Shown here piece by piece: positions 15,412 through 22,625 of a stretch of 37,101 bases of DNA. The translations under genes were made by a program, and so were the position numbers. The notes beneath the pieces were generated by a model that searched no databases, was not told where the DNA came from, and saw only the letters and a list, made by a program, of their open reading frames with translations. The stretch's first letter is position 1, and every line of letters begins with the position of its first letter. The DNA comes from a virus: IMG/VR virus record IMGVR_UViG_3300021256_000038. One strand, 5' to 3'.

Positions 15412-15689
15412 AAATTTTCCTCCTTATTGTAATCTGCTGTCAAATCAACAGAAAATATAAAAGCATCTCTGAAATGGTCAATGAAATGTACATATTTATC
15501 TTTGCACAATGCCATATAATAGCCATTTGACAATGGTTCAATTCTAGGAGCACAATCTTCTTCTGTAAGAAGAACCATCTTCAAATCAAAATTACTGCAT
15601 AAATTAAGTAATGTTTCCAATTTAACCAATTTTCTTTCTTCCACGGTTCCAGCCCCCTCTTGTCTCTTTCTTGCTTTCTTCTGATTCAC
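15408..15689 (-). CDS. Hypothetical protein. The start is uncertain.
   Basis: 93-aa track ORF that overlaps the upstream gene by 68 nt. An internal GTG preceded by GAGGGGG is an alternative start. Confidence 0.5.
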   Translation of the reverse strand: MNQKKARKRQEGAGTVEERKLVKLETLLNLCSNFDLKMVLLTEEDCAPRIEPLSNGYYMALCKDKYVHFIDHFRDAFIFSVDLTADYNKEENL

Positions 15690-15852
15690 GATATTTGTTT
15701 AAACATTTCCAACTGCATACATAGTGGATTTTGCCCTTAGCATAATACTTGTACACCCAGCCACTCATTGACTTTGGTATTACAAACTTCTCTCCACAGA
15801 TAGGACATTTGCAGTTTTTGATAAACTTCAAAACTTTCTTTTCTTTTTTCAT
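15622..15852 (-). CDS. Small zinc-ribbon protein.
   Basis: 76 aa with CKCPICGEKF...CSWKC and a basic tail. GAGGAGGAAATAAAAA precedes the ATG. Confidence 0.6.
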   Translation of the reverse strand: MKKEKKVLKFIKNCKCPICGEKFVIPKSMSGWVYKYYAKGKIHYVCSWKCLNKYRESEESKKETRGGWNRGRKKIG

Positions 15853-15882
15853 TTTTTATTTCCTCCTCAATTTCTATATATT

Positions 15883-15910
15883 ATTATATACCTTTTTCTA
15901 CCGATTTCAA
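15883..15910 (-). promoter_or_regulatory. Promoter (TTGAAA, 16-nt spacer, TATAAT).
   Basis: The minus strand reads ttgaaatcggtagaaaaaggtatataat, about 30 nt upstream of the ATG at 15852. Confidence 0.55.
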
Positions 15911-16067
15911 CACTTTATTGCATAGGCATATTGAAAACTTTCATTTTTTCGCTAAAATGAGGTTGTAGAGGTTTTTTAGACTACATGTTTTTCCCCTCTA
16001 CGTTCATTTCCTCTCTTATATTATTAATCCCTTAAATGGGAAATAGCACCTTGATTATAATGAGGTG

Positions 16068-16865
16068 CTATTTTCTTTTGTCGTTACCTGTAAAGTAGAC
16101 TTTAGAGAAGTGCTCATATGTACGAGATACAAAACGTTCGCCATATCTCTTTTTGAAATCTCCCTCATTCAGATTCGTTGTAATGATTGTAGGTTTCATC
16201 TGCGACATACGATTTTCCAATAGTTGCGTGATGCGTTCTCTTGAATCATCATTGTTGCTTTCTGTACCTAAATCATCAAGTATAAACAAATCACACAATT
16301 TATAGTCCTGTATTGCCTTGTAGACCTCTTTATCGTTGGTAGTATATGATTGTCTTATCATGTCGTAAAGTTCGCCAGACTGTACAAATTTAACCAGATA
16401 GCCACCATCTAGCACTTCCTTAGCAACCTTGCAGGCACTCATGGTTTTACCTACACCACAATTTCCAAAATAGATAATTCCCTTTCGTGTCTGCTTATTA
16501 AATTTTCTAGCCCAATTCATAGTGAATTGATGTTGCTTGACATTCCCACCGACAAATGTCTTTTCCAACATTTCTAATTGCAATTTTTTCATGCCACATG
16601 CTTGAAAAACTGCTTTTTTTGATTCTTCATCAATCTTTGCAGATACTCTAATATCTTCTATTTCTCGCTCACGCTCGATTTCGCATGAACACTGTGTAAT
16701 ATAATCAATCTTCGTTTCTGGTATTTCTGGTGCAATATAGCCGTAGCAATGATATTTGATGCCACCACAGATAGGACACACATCAAAGATTTCTCTTTTT
16801 ACGTTAGGAAATCTATCCTGCATTGTCTTGTTTAGTGTTTTTTCATTATTTGTACCTACTCGCAT
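16068..16865 (-). CDS. DnaC/IstB-like AAA+ helicase loader with an N-terminal Cys cluster.
   Basis: Walker A is GNCGVGKTMSA and Walker B is LFILDDLGTE. The N-terminus has CPICGG...C...C. It is adjacent to the DnaD-like initiator. Confidence 0.8.
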   Translation of the reverse strand: MRVGTNNEKTLNKTMQDRFPNVKREIFDVCPICGGIKYHCYGYIAPEIPETKIDYITQCSCEIEREREIEDIRVSAKIDEESKKAVFQACGMKKLQLEMLEKTFVGGNVKQHQFTMNWARKFNKQTRKGIIYFGNCGVGKTMSACKVAKEVLDGGYLVKFVQSGELYDMIRQSYTTNDKEVYKAIQDYKLCDLFILDDLGTESNNDDSRERITQLLENRMSQMKPTIITTNLNEGDFKKRYGERFVSRTYEHFSKVYFTGNDKRK

Positions 16866-16866
16866 T

Positions 16867-17667
16867 TTAATCTAATCCCCAACTTGCCATTTCTTTCTCC
16901 AATTCTAGATTGGACTGCTCAACCAATTTTGCATATTCATCTGAATTGTAATAATCGGTATCTACATTCTTTGATGTATCAATAGATACATTCTGGTTAA
17001 GATAGCTTTCAAACTTAGTGCCAAACAATGTCTCTGGTCTTAGATACTGCTCCATCTTTGTGTTTAGCCACTCACTAGACTTGTTATCTATAACTTTTTT
17101 GAAATCATCAACTGTAAATCCCTCATTGATTCTGGCATTGATAAGAGATTTTGTTTTTCTTGTTGATGCTCTATAATTCTTTCTTGTCTTAGAATTAAGA
17201 TAATCAACAATTTCAGCAACAGTCGAGAAAATCGACAATGTATTATTATATTTATTAATATCTTTATATGTATAATTATTATTATTGTGTAAAGTTTCTT
17301 TACACCCCCTGTCAAATTTTTTTACACCCCCTGTAAAGTTTTTTGACACCCCCTGTAAAGTTTTTTGACACCCTGTAAAGTTAGGACGGAGTGCTCTATA
17401 CTCGATAAACTTCTGATTTCCTACATTGACTTCTCTCTTATCAATCAATCCTTTGCTTTGTAATGATTTAAGATTGTTAATTACACTTTGACGTGATAAC
17501 TTAGCCCAATTTCCTAAATATTGCTGTGAGCCATTAAAACAACCTTGATTGCCTTGTGAAAATCCATAAATGATAGCATAAATAATCAATTCATTATGAG
17601 TTAAATCCAACTCATTTATCATAAACGACTGAATAACAATATATGTACCATCTTCTACTTTGTTCAT
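16867..17667 (-). CDS. Replication initiator, DnaD-like or phage replisome-organiser type.
   Basis: 266 aa. It has an N-terminal winged-helix-like region and a C-terminal conserved phage motif EIVDYLNSKTRKNYRASTRKTKSLINARINEGFTVDDFKKVID...LRPETLFGTKFESYLNQ. Iterons lie inside the gene. Confidence 0.75.
   Translation of the reverse strand: MNKVEDGTYIVIQSFMINELDLTHNELIIYAIIYGFSQGNQGCFNGSQQYLGNWAKLSRQSVINNLKSLQSKGLIDKREVNVGNQKFIEYRALRPNFTGCQKTLQGVSKNFTGGVKKFDRGCKETLHNNNNYTYKDINKYNNTLSIFSTVAEIVDYLNSKTRKNYRASTRKTKSLINARINEGFTVDDFKKVIDNKSSEWLNTKMEQYLRPETLFGTKFESYLNQNVSIDTSKNVDTDYYNSDEYAKLVEQSNLELEKEMASWGLD
17288..17382. repeat. Iterons: 4.4 tandem copies of about 22 bp (TGTAAAGTTTTTTGACACCCCC). 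Putative replication origin.
   Basis: Units are at 17288-17309, 17310-17331, 17332-17353 and 17354-17373, with a partial unit at 17374-17382. An extremely AT-rich stretch at 17240-17287 is adjacent. Confidence 0.75.
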
Positions 17668-17683
17668 ATGCCTTTATTTCCTC

Positions 17684-17851
17684 CTATTTTACGCTCTGCG
17701 ACTCGATTCTCTTAACCTCGTCCAACGTTACCCTAAACTTGTTTGCTACCTTAAAAGCCTTTAAATCGCCCCTATCGACCATTTTGTATAGGGTTCTTTT
17801 TCTTAGCCCCCATCTTTCTGCCAATTCTGTAATAGAAAATACTTCTTTCAT
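17684..17851 (-). CDS. Excisionase/MerR-type HTH DNA-binding protein (55 aa), below the track threshold.
   Basis: Hand translation gives MKEVFSITELAERWGLRKRTLYKMVDRGDLKAFKVANKFRVTLDEVKRIESQSVK. RBS GAGGATAAATAAA precedes the ATG. Confidence 0.65.
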   Translation of the reverse strand: MKEVFSITELAERWGLRKRTLYKMVDRGDLKAFKVANKFRVTLDEVKRIESQSVK

Positions 17852-17852
17852 T

Positions 17853-18011
17853 TTATTTATCCTCGCCTTTTATTCTCATATATTGAACAACTTTTTCAAA
17901 ATACCATTTTCTGTCAAGACATAAATCATCAGCTTCATCAGTAATCTGTTCATATATTACTTCTGCTAAATCTTTTGCATTTTGTTTTGCATTTACTATC
18001 CATTGCTCCAT
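17853..18011 (-). CDS. Small hypothetical protein (52 aa).
   Basis: Hand translation gives MEQWIVNAKQNAKDLAEVIYEQITDEADDLCLDRKWYFEKVVQYMRIKGEDK. A TGATG overlap couples it to the upstream stop. Confidence 0.5.
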   Translation of the reverse strand: MEQWIVNAKQNAKDLAEVIYEQITDEADDLCLDRKWYFEKVVQYMRIKGEDK

Positions 18012-18307
18012 CATTCCTTATCCTCGCTTTCACTAATATCATATAAATAAATTACTTTATCAATAAAATAGATGCAATCTTTTCTGCTGATTTTACCACT
18101 ACCATATCTGATGATAACATTAGTTATATCATCAAATTCTTGTATAGTAATTGCATGGATTTTATAGAATATCTTTAATATTTCCATTGCATCTGCACAA
18201 TTCTTAAATTTGTTTACATGTCTTTGGATTGTGCTATATAATTCATCACTCAAAACACTGCGAATATCAGATACAACAATTTTCTTGTTCATTTCTTCTT
18301 TTGTCAT
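18011..18307 (-). CDS. Hypothetical protein.
   Basis: 98-aa ORF. Confidence 0.6.
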   Translation of the reverse strand: MTKEEMNKKIVVSDIRSVLSDELYSTIQRHVNKFKNCADAMEILKIFYKIHAITIQEFDDITNVIIRYGSGKISRKDCIYFIDKVIYLYDISESEDKE

Positions 18308-18325
18308 TGTTATTCCTCACTTTTC

Positions 18326-18499
18326 TTATAGATTATATTTTTTTACTAATACTTTTCTGGTTTCGTCTTTATTTGAACATATAAGATGTATATCTTCTCT
18401 CTCGTCACATTCTTCCCTAATAGGGCAATCATCACACTCTATATTTCCAAAATAATGCGATGCAAGAAATTCAACAAGATCATATTTATTCAGTTCCAT
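18326..18499 (-). CDS. Small Cys-rich hypothetical protein (57 aa).
   Basis: Hand translation gives MELNKYDLVEFLASHYFGNIECDDCPIREECDEREDIHLICSNKDETRKVLVKKYNL. GGAGGATTAAAT precedes the ATG. Confidence 0.5.
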   Translation of the reverse strand: MELNKYDLVEFLASHYFGNIECDDCPIREECDEREDIHLICSNKDETRKVLVKKYNL

Positions 18500-18501
18500 A
18501 T

Positions 18502-18681
18502 TTAATCCTCCTTTTCTACAACATAATCAGAATTTACATAGCCGACTATGTTATCTACATTAAATTCTCCAACTGTGGCTATGCCATTATATAATTTTAA
18601 CATTCTAGTGTCCTCCCAAAAGTCTGTACTTTTTGCATCAACATTAATAACCTTTCCATCTTTCATAAATATGCTATACAT
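18502..18681 (-). CDS. Small hypothetical protein (59 aa).
   Basis: Hand translation gives MYSIFMKDGKVINVDAKSTDFWEDTRMLKLYNGIATVGEFNVDNIVGYVNSDYVVEKED. GGAGGAATAAAAA precedes the ATG. Confidence 0.5.
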   Translation of the reverse strand: MYSIFMKDGKVINVDAKSTDFWEDTRMLKLYNGIATVGEFNVDNIVGYVNSDYVVEKED

Positions 18682-18735
18682 TTTTTATTCCTCCATTTTT
18701 TATAAGCAGTTTTTGGTCATGCTTAGGACTCTTTG

Positions 18736-18951
18736 TTATAATTCATCTTTATCAATGAAATCACAACATAAATTGTTTTTATACTTGTTTTCATTCATTA
18801 GATAAACATCTTTATCAAACGAATGCTTAACATAGATTCCTGTTAACTCCATCATTTCTGGCGATAACTTATCAAAATCTTCAAAACTGCACCATTTAAA
18901 CTTTTTACCTCCCTTTTCTTCCAATAATTCCTTGTCGATATACACTTTCAT
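18736..18951 (-). CDS. Hypothetical protein.
   Basis: 71 aa with AAGGAGGAAACAAAAA before the ATG. It is the first gene after the promoter at 18986-19014. Confidence 0.6.
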   Translation of the reverse strand: MKVYIDKELLEEKGGKKFKWCSFEDFDKLSPEMMELTGIYVKHSFDKDVYLMNENKYKNNLCCDFIDKDEL

Positions 18952-18985
18952 TTTTTGTTTCCTCCTTATATCTCTTACAAATACA

Positions 18986-19014
18986 ATTATATACCTGATG
19001 GATTAAAAAGTAAA
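18986..19014 (-). promoter_or_regulatory. Promoter (TTTACT, 17-nt spacer, TATAAT).
   Basis: The minus strand reads tttactttttaatccatcaggtatataat. Confidence 0.5.
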
Positions 19015-19016
19015 TA

Positions 19017-19049
19017 GAAAAGTACACGAAAAGTACACAAAAGATACAT
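19017..19049. repeat. Three 11-bp direct repeats (gaaaagtacac twice, plus a degenerate aaaagatacat) immediately upstream of the -35.
   Basis: Read directly from the sequence. The period is one helical turn. The repeats sit between a terminator and a promoter. Confidence 0.7.
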
Positions 19050-19056
19050 TTCACAC

Positions 19057-19086
19057 AAAAAGAAAAAGAAGCAGTTTCCTGCTTCT
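19057..19086 (-). terminator. Strong rho-independent terminator.
   Basis: Minus-strand RNA reads AGAAGCAG-GAAA-CUGCUUCU followed by UUUUCUUUUU. The 8-bp stem is perfect and the loop is a GNRA tetraloop. Confidence 0.8.
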
Positions 19087-19126
19087 AATCCGTCCTTGTC
19101 TAACTTTCCCACTGATTATTATAGCA

Positions 19127-19420
19127 CTAATCTAAATAATTTCTATGGAAAATGCTCATAAAATCTTCTCTTGTACGCTTTTTCTCAAATGCCTTTTGGC
19201 CGATTCTTTTTAGTCTTAAATCCATGTCATGATTCAGATGCACACTTTCACTACTCATGTTGTGATGCCTTGCACACAAACTAACATACAATCCATTCTC
19301 GATAGACTTTTTTCTATTTGCAGTACCAAAAAATATCTCATGCACATGCAGATTGAATGGAGTGCCACAGAAAAAGCACTTACTCATGTCTTTTTGCACT
19401 ATTGATTTATCTCTTTTCAT
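19127..19420 (-). CDS. HNH nuclease of the Ref/YbcO (RecA-dependent nuclease) type.
   Basis: 97 aa with CFFCG...HVHEIFFGTANRKKSIENGLYVSLCARHHN. Confidence 0.65.
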   Translation of the reverse strand: MKRDKSIVQKDMSKCFFCGTPFNLHVHEIFFGTANRKKSIENGLYVSLCARHHNMSSESVHLNHDMDLRLKRIGQKAFEKKRTREDFMSIFHRNYLD

Positions 19421-19422
19421 TT

Positions 19423-19929
19423 CTATTCCCCTTTCAAGATTTCAGCCCAACTGATTGTTTCAATGCCACAACTTTCTGCCATATCCAATACACAATCAAT
19501 CAAAATGGACATTTCCTTTGTGTTCATATGGCTAGAACCATAATAGCATCTGTAATAAGCATATTCGCCCTCATATTTCAAAATTTCGACTGCTCTAAAA
19601 ACCTTTTTTAAGTCCTCAGATGCCTTAACAGGTGCCTTAAGGATTTCTGTCTTTGCTCCTGCTTTTCTTAAGGCGATGCAGTAATACTTCCAAGCATCAT
19701 TTGAACGTTCTCCATTGATTTTGTGGTCAATCTTTGTCAACAATTCCCACATCAACGCATTCTGCTCTATGCTCCTTTTTTTCTTGTATGCGACAAATTT
19801 AACGAAGTAGGTATTATCTATCTCTAATTGCGATAATGTCTCTCTATCGACGAAATTTTGAGCAGAAAGGGTAACAGTTAAATTGTTACCCTCTACGCCA
19901 AAACTATTCACTTTTAATTTTACTTCCAT
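19423..19929 (-). CDS. NinB/YbcN-like recombination-associated protein.
   Basis: 168 aa with KKKRSIEQNALMWELLTKI (the RSxxQN..W motif), sitting in a recombination module. Confidence 0.45.
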   Translation of the reverse strand: MEVKLKVNSFGVEGNNLTVTLSAQNFVDRETLSQLEIDNTYFVKFVAYKKKRSIEQNALMWELLTKIDHKINGERSNDAWKYYCIALRKAGAKTEILKAPVKASEDLKKVFRAVEILKYEGEYAYYRCYYGSSHMNTKEMSILIDCVLDMAESCGIETISWAEILKGE

Positions 19930-20480
19930 TATCTAATTACCACACTTTCTTCTTGATAGAACTCAACACCATCAATTTGCTTTTCACCATTGAATGTTTG
20001 AGCGAAATCATTTAATACTTTCATGTCAATTTTCTTGATTCGGATATTACCAATCTTTTCTGGTACCTTATCATCGTCAATCACTCTTGCTTTCCATTTC
20101 TTTCTTACATGTGTACCACCCAATTCTACTTTAGGTTTTGAAGGTTCAATTTCTTCCTTGATTTCAAGCCCGAAAACGTCCTCTAGTTCCTTGTTTTTTT
20201 CTTCTTCTAAGCGTTTTTGTTCTAGTTCGTGCATATACTTACCGATTGCATCTTTAACGACCTTAGAAGCCGAATTATAAGGCTTTAGAGCTTCTTTTTC
20301 TTCTGCCACTACTTTCTTATGGGCTTTATTAGTTTCATCTTTTAAAGGCTTGTAATGAGCTTTAACCTCCTTGATGCCTTTATTGATTTCCTTTGCCAAA
20401 TCATTGGCATTTTTCAATTCTTCATCATTAGTAATGCTTAATTCTTTAATTTCTGATTCAATTCTCTTTAATAGTTCCAT
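19929..20480 (-). CDS. Coiled-coil protein of the recombination module (DUF1351/Gp157-like guess).
   Basis: 183 aa, K/E-rich and helical, located directly downstream of erf. Confidence 0.4.
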   Translation of the reverse strand: MELLKRIESEIKELSITNDEELKNANDLAKEINKGIKEVKAHYKPLKDETNKAHKKVVAEEKEALKPYNSASKVVKDAIGKYMHELEQKRLEEEKNKELEDVFGLEIKEEIEPSKPKVELGGTHVRKKWKARVIDDDKVPEKIGNIRIKKIDMKVLNDFAQTFNGEKQIDGVEFYQEESVVIR

Positions 20481-20504
20481 AATTCTCTCCTATAAAGGGG
20501 CTGA

Positions 20505-21191
20505 TTAAAGCCCCTTGATTCCTTTCTCATTTGATTTTACTGCAGTGTATAAAGTTGTTAACTGTTCATTATTTAAATCACTGACAACCTTTACATTGTT
20601 TGCTTTTAATAATGGCTTGATGTACATAGCTACATTTTCCTTGTATTCCTTGTACATCGCTACCAGATATTCCAACATGTTTTCTCTAGTTGCTTCTTCT
20701 TTCTTTGATTGAACACTTGACTGTTGTGGTTTTGCCTGTGATTGCTGTCTCTTAGCCTTGTGGTTCGTCTGGTTTGCATATGCATCGGTATCGGCATCTT
20801 TTGTATCATCAATGTTAAACAATCCATTAAGAGCATATTTTCGAGCATATGATGATGTTGCTCCTGTTACCTGTGAAGAATCCATACCCTTTTTTGTTTC
20901 TTCTTCTCTTGCATATGCATAATTGGAAATGGAATTGTCGCTATCCCAATCATAAAGTGTTGCAACAGCCTTTACATATACTCTGTCATTATTTGGCAAC
21001 GAACTGATTTCATCTTTGATTACAAGTGTAACCCTGTACTTGTTGCATACAGGCTTTACGCCCTCTAAGATGTCCTCACATGAGCGATATTTGTACTTCC
21101 TAAAAGAATTGTACTGATTCTTTGGTGCTTTCAACTCCATCTGAATGTTGCTTAGTCTTTCATATAAAGACATTTTTTTGATTTCTTCCAT
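20505..21191 (-). CDS. erf: ERF-family single-strand annealing protein.
   Basis: Motifs are SLYERLSNIQMELKAPKNQYNSFRKYKYRSCEDILEGVKP and TGATSSYARKYALNGLFNIDDTKDADTD. I prefer ATG 21191 (GAGGAGGAAAAATCAAG upstream) over the track start at 21257. Confidence 0.8.
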   Translation of the reverse strand: MEEIKKMSLYERLSNIQMELKAPKNQYNSFRKYKYRSCEDILEGVKPVCNKYRVTLVIKDEISSLPNNDRVYVKAVATLYDWDSDNSISNYAYAREEETKKGMDSSQVTGATSSYARKYALNGLFNIDDTKDADTDAYANQTNHKAKRQQSQAKPQQSSVQSKKEEATRENMLEYLVAMYKEYKENVAMYIKPLLKANNVKVVSDLNNEQLTTLYTAVKSNEKGIKGL

Positions 21192-21225
21192 CTTGATTTT
21201 TCCTCCTCTTTTTCTTTCTACATAT

Positions 21226-21254
21226 ATATTATCATATATAAATACACACTTCAA
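21226..21254 (-). promoter_or_regulatory. Early promoter (TTGAAG, 17-nt spacer, TGaTAATAT).
   Basis: The minus strand reads ttgaagtgtgtatttatatatgataatat. It overlaps the 3' end of the sigma-like gene. Confidence 0.55.
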
Positions 21255-21478
21255 CACCTAATTATAATCTTTTTAACTAATTCTTCCTTATTTGTATAGA
21301 TGATGTTTTTAATCTGTCTAACGCTCATATCAAACTGATAAGCCAACTGCTCGTAGGTCAATCCATCAATATATCTTCTCTTTAATATGTCCCTATTTCT
21401 TTTATTATGGATATATTCATTTACTGCATTGGTTATAACGCTATTAGGAAATTCCCTCAAATCAATATTTTTTTCCAT
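21251..21478 (-). CDS. Sigma-70 region-4-like HTH transcriptional regulator. It is the first early gene.
   Basis: 75 aa counted from ATG 21478 (GGAGGTAGTCACAAA upstream). ILKRRYIDGLTYEQLAYQFDMSVRQIKNII is a typical region-4 HTH. Confidence 0.65.
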   Translation of the reverse strand: MEKNIDLREFPNSVITNAVNEYIHNKRNRDILKRRYIDGLTYEQLAYQFDMSVRQIKNIIYTNKEELVKKIIIRC

Positions 21479-21510
21479 TTTGTGACTACCTCCTATTTCA
21501 ATTTTATACC

Positions 21511-21545
21511 AAAAAGAAAAACGCACCAACGAATTGGCACGCTTT
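21511..21545 (-). terminator. Intrinsic terminator or attenuator in the early leader, with a UUCG tetraloop.
   Basis: Minus-strand RNA reads GCGUGCCAA-UUCG-UUGGUGCGU followed by UUUUCUUUUU. The three G-U pairs form only in the minus-strand transcript. Confidence 0.6.
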
Positions 21546-21579
21546 CCTAAAAATTAAGCACAGAGGTATTGAACTAATA

Positions 21580-21593
21580 GTACTGGGCAGTAC
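21580..21593. promoter_or_regulatory. Palindrome GTACTG-GG-CAGTAC at the predicted transcription start. Putative operator.
   Basis: The arms are perfect 6-bp inverted repeats. The palindrome ends 6 bp downstream of the -10 hexamer (seven positions from its last base to the palindrome's first). Confidence 0.4.
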
Positions 21594-21599
21594 ATACAT

Positions 21600-21628
21600 A
21601 TTATAGCATCATCATTTTATATTGTCAA
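21600..21628 (-). promoter_or_regulatory. Consensus sigma-A-type early promoter (TTGACA, 17-nt spacer, TATAAT).
   Basis: The minus strand reads ttgacaatataaaatgatgatgctataat. Both hexamers match the consensus perfectly. Confidence 0.75.
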
Positions 21629-21659
21629 AAACAAAAAACTCCACATTATTCATGCAGAG
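21627..21659 (-). terminator. Terminator of the late (lysis) operon.
   Basis: Minus-strand RNA reads CUCUGCAU-GAAUA-AUGUGGAG (8 bp, two G-U pairs) followed by UUUUUUGUUUUU. Confidence 0.55.
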
Positions 21660-21731
21660 CCTTTTAGGATAGTACAGATATACCAATCACTTTGTGTAAC
21701 TTTGTGTAATCATATTATACATTGCATTTTG

Positions 21732-22625
21732 CTATTTTACCATAGCTGTTAGAGTTTTCTTCTTGACGTGTCCTGTATTTGGTACGCCATGCTTTTTCTG
21801 ATATTCTTTTACTTTCTTTTCAGTATCGCCACCAAAGATGCCATCGGTCTTAGCACCAACCTTTGACTGTACGAACTTTGTAATGGTTTTCTTGTGCTGA
21901 ACACCTTTATACAGATGAACTTTAGAGAAAGTAGCTTTTGTCTTGTCTCCTAATAGTCCATCTTCGCTTAAATTTCCTTTGTAAGACACATTATAGGCGT
22001 GCTGATACTCTTTTACGGTCTTTGAAAAAGATAGCTTAGGAGCCGATTTTTTAACGCTTACAGTGGCATGGGCTACAGGTTCCTTATGCTCTACACTTAC
22101 AGCAACAGCTGTTTTCTGTTCCGTATGAGCAAATACCCATGAGACAAACGCCATGCACCAAGGATAGGCTGAACCACTCACATCTTTACCATAGAACCAT
22201 TTGTTATATTTGACCTTATTAGAGCCAGCAGGACTTTCTTTTGTGCCTACCTGTGATTTTGCAGTATTAACAATCATGCTTGCAGTTACCTTACTGTCAT
22301 AATTAGGACGATAGAAACCACGAATATTTTTTGTAGTTCGTGTACGAAGCATTACCTTTCCACCATTGTCATTAGAAGTAATTGAGGTATTCCCCTCAAC
22401 GACTTTATATCCTAAAATTGTTTTTTCAACAACGATTCCTGTATGTGATGCTCTGCCCTTGCCAAAATCGAAAAGAGCCACATCGCCTTTTTTACCACTT
22501 TTCTTGTCTACAAATCTTTTATGTGCTTTAGCATAAGATTCTACTTCTGGACAGTAAGCACTTTTCTTGCCACCATTAAACAAATAACTTGCATTACTCA
22601 TTATCATCATCTTCCTTTTCATCAA
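21732..22625 (-). CDS. Endolysin: a CHAP-type amidase/peptidase with apparently permuted segment order, plus two C-terminal PG-binding repeats.
   Basis: The His half GDVALFDFGKGRASHTGIVV...VVEGNTS (aa 47-81) precedes the Cys half KYNKWFYGKDVSGSAYPWCMAFVSWVF (aa 139-165). The C-terminus has EDGLLGDKTKATF and TDGIFGGDTEKKVKEYQKKHG. The start could instead be Met9 at 22601. Confidence 0.8.
   Translation of the reverse strand: MMKRKMMIMSNASYLFNGGKKSAYCPEVESYAKAHKRFVDKKSGKKGDVALFDFGKGRASHTGIVVEKTILGYKVVEGNTSITSNDNGGKVMLRTRTTKNIRGFYRPNYDSKVTASMIVNTAKSQVGTKESPAGSNKVKYNKWFYGKDVSGSAYPWCMAFVSWVFAHTEQKTAVAVSVEHKEPVAHATVSVKKSAPKLSFSKTVKEYQHAYNVSYKGNLSEDGLLGDKTKATFSKVHLYKGVQHKKTITKFVQSKVGAKTDGIFGGDTEKKVKEYQKKHGVPNTGHVKKKTLTAMVK

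Noticed and set aside
15853-16067. A tRNA or other structured RNA gene in the large intergenic gaps (also 21530-21731 and 34955-35177).
   Set aside because: I found no cloverleaf-compatible arms and no GGTTCGAAT-type T-loop. The hairpins present are better explained as terminators or operators.
17088-17315. A 75-aa alternate-frame ORF inside the DnaD-like gene. The same applies to the similar alternate-frame ORFs 2315-2578, 20660-20848 and 28462-28719.
   Set aside because: They lie on the same strand as longer, motif-bearing genes but in other frames. They have no RBS and give low-complexity translations (I/L/K runs).
17288-17382. The direct repeats interpreted as a CRISPR array.
   Set aside because: The repeats are contiguous with no spacers. 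They lie in frame inside the replication initiator gene, and no cas genes are present. This is iteron architecture.
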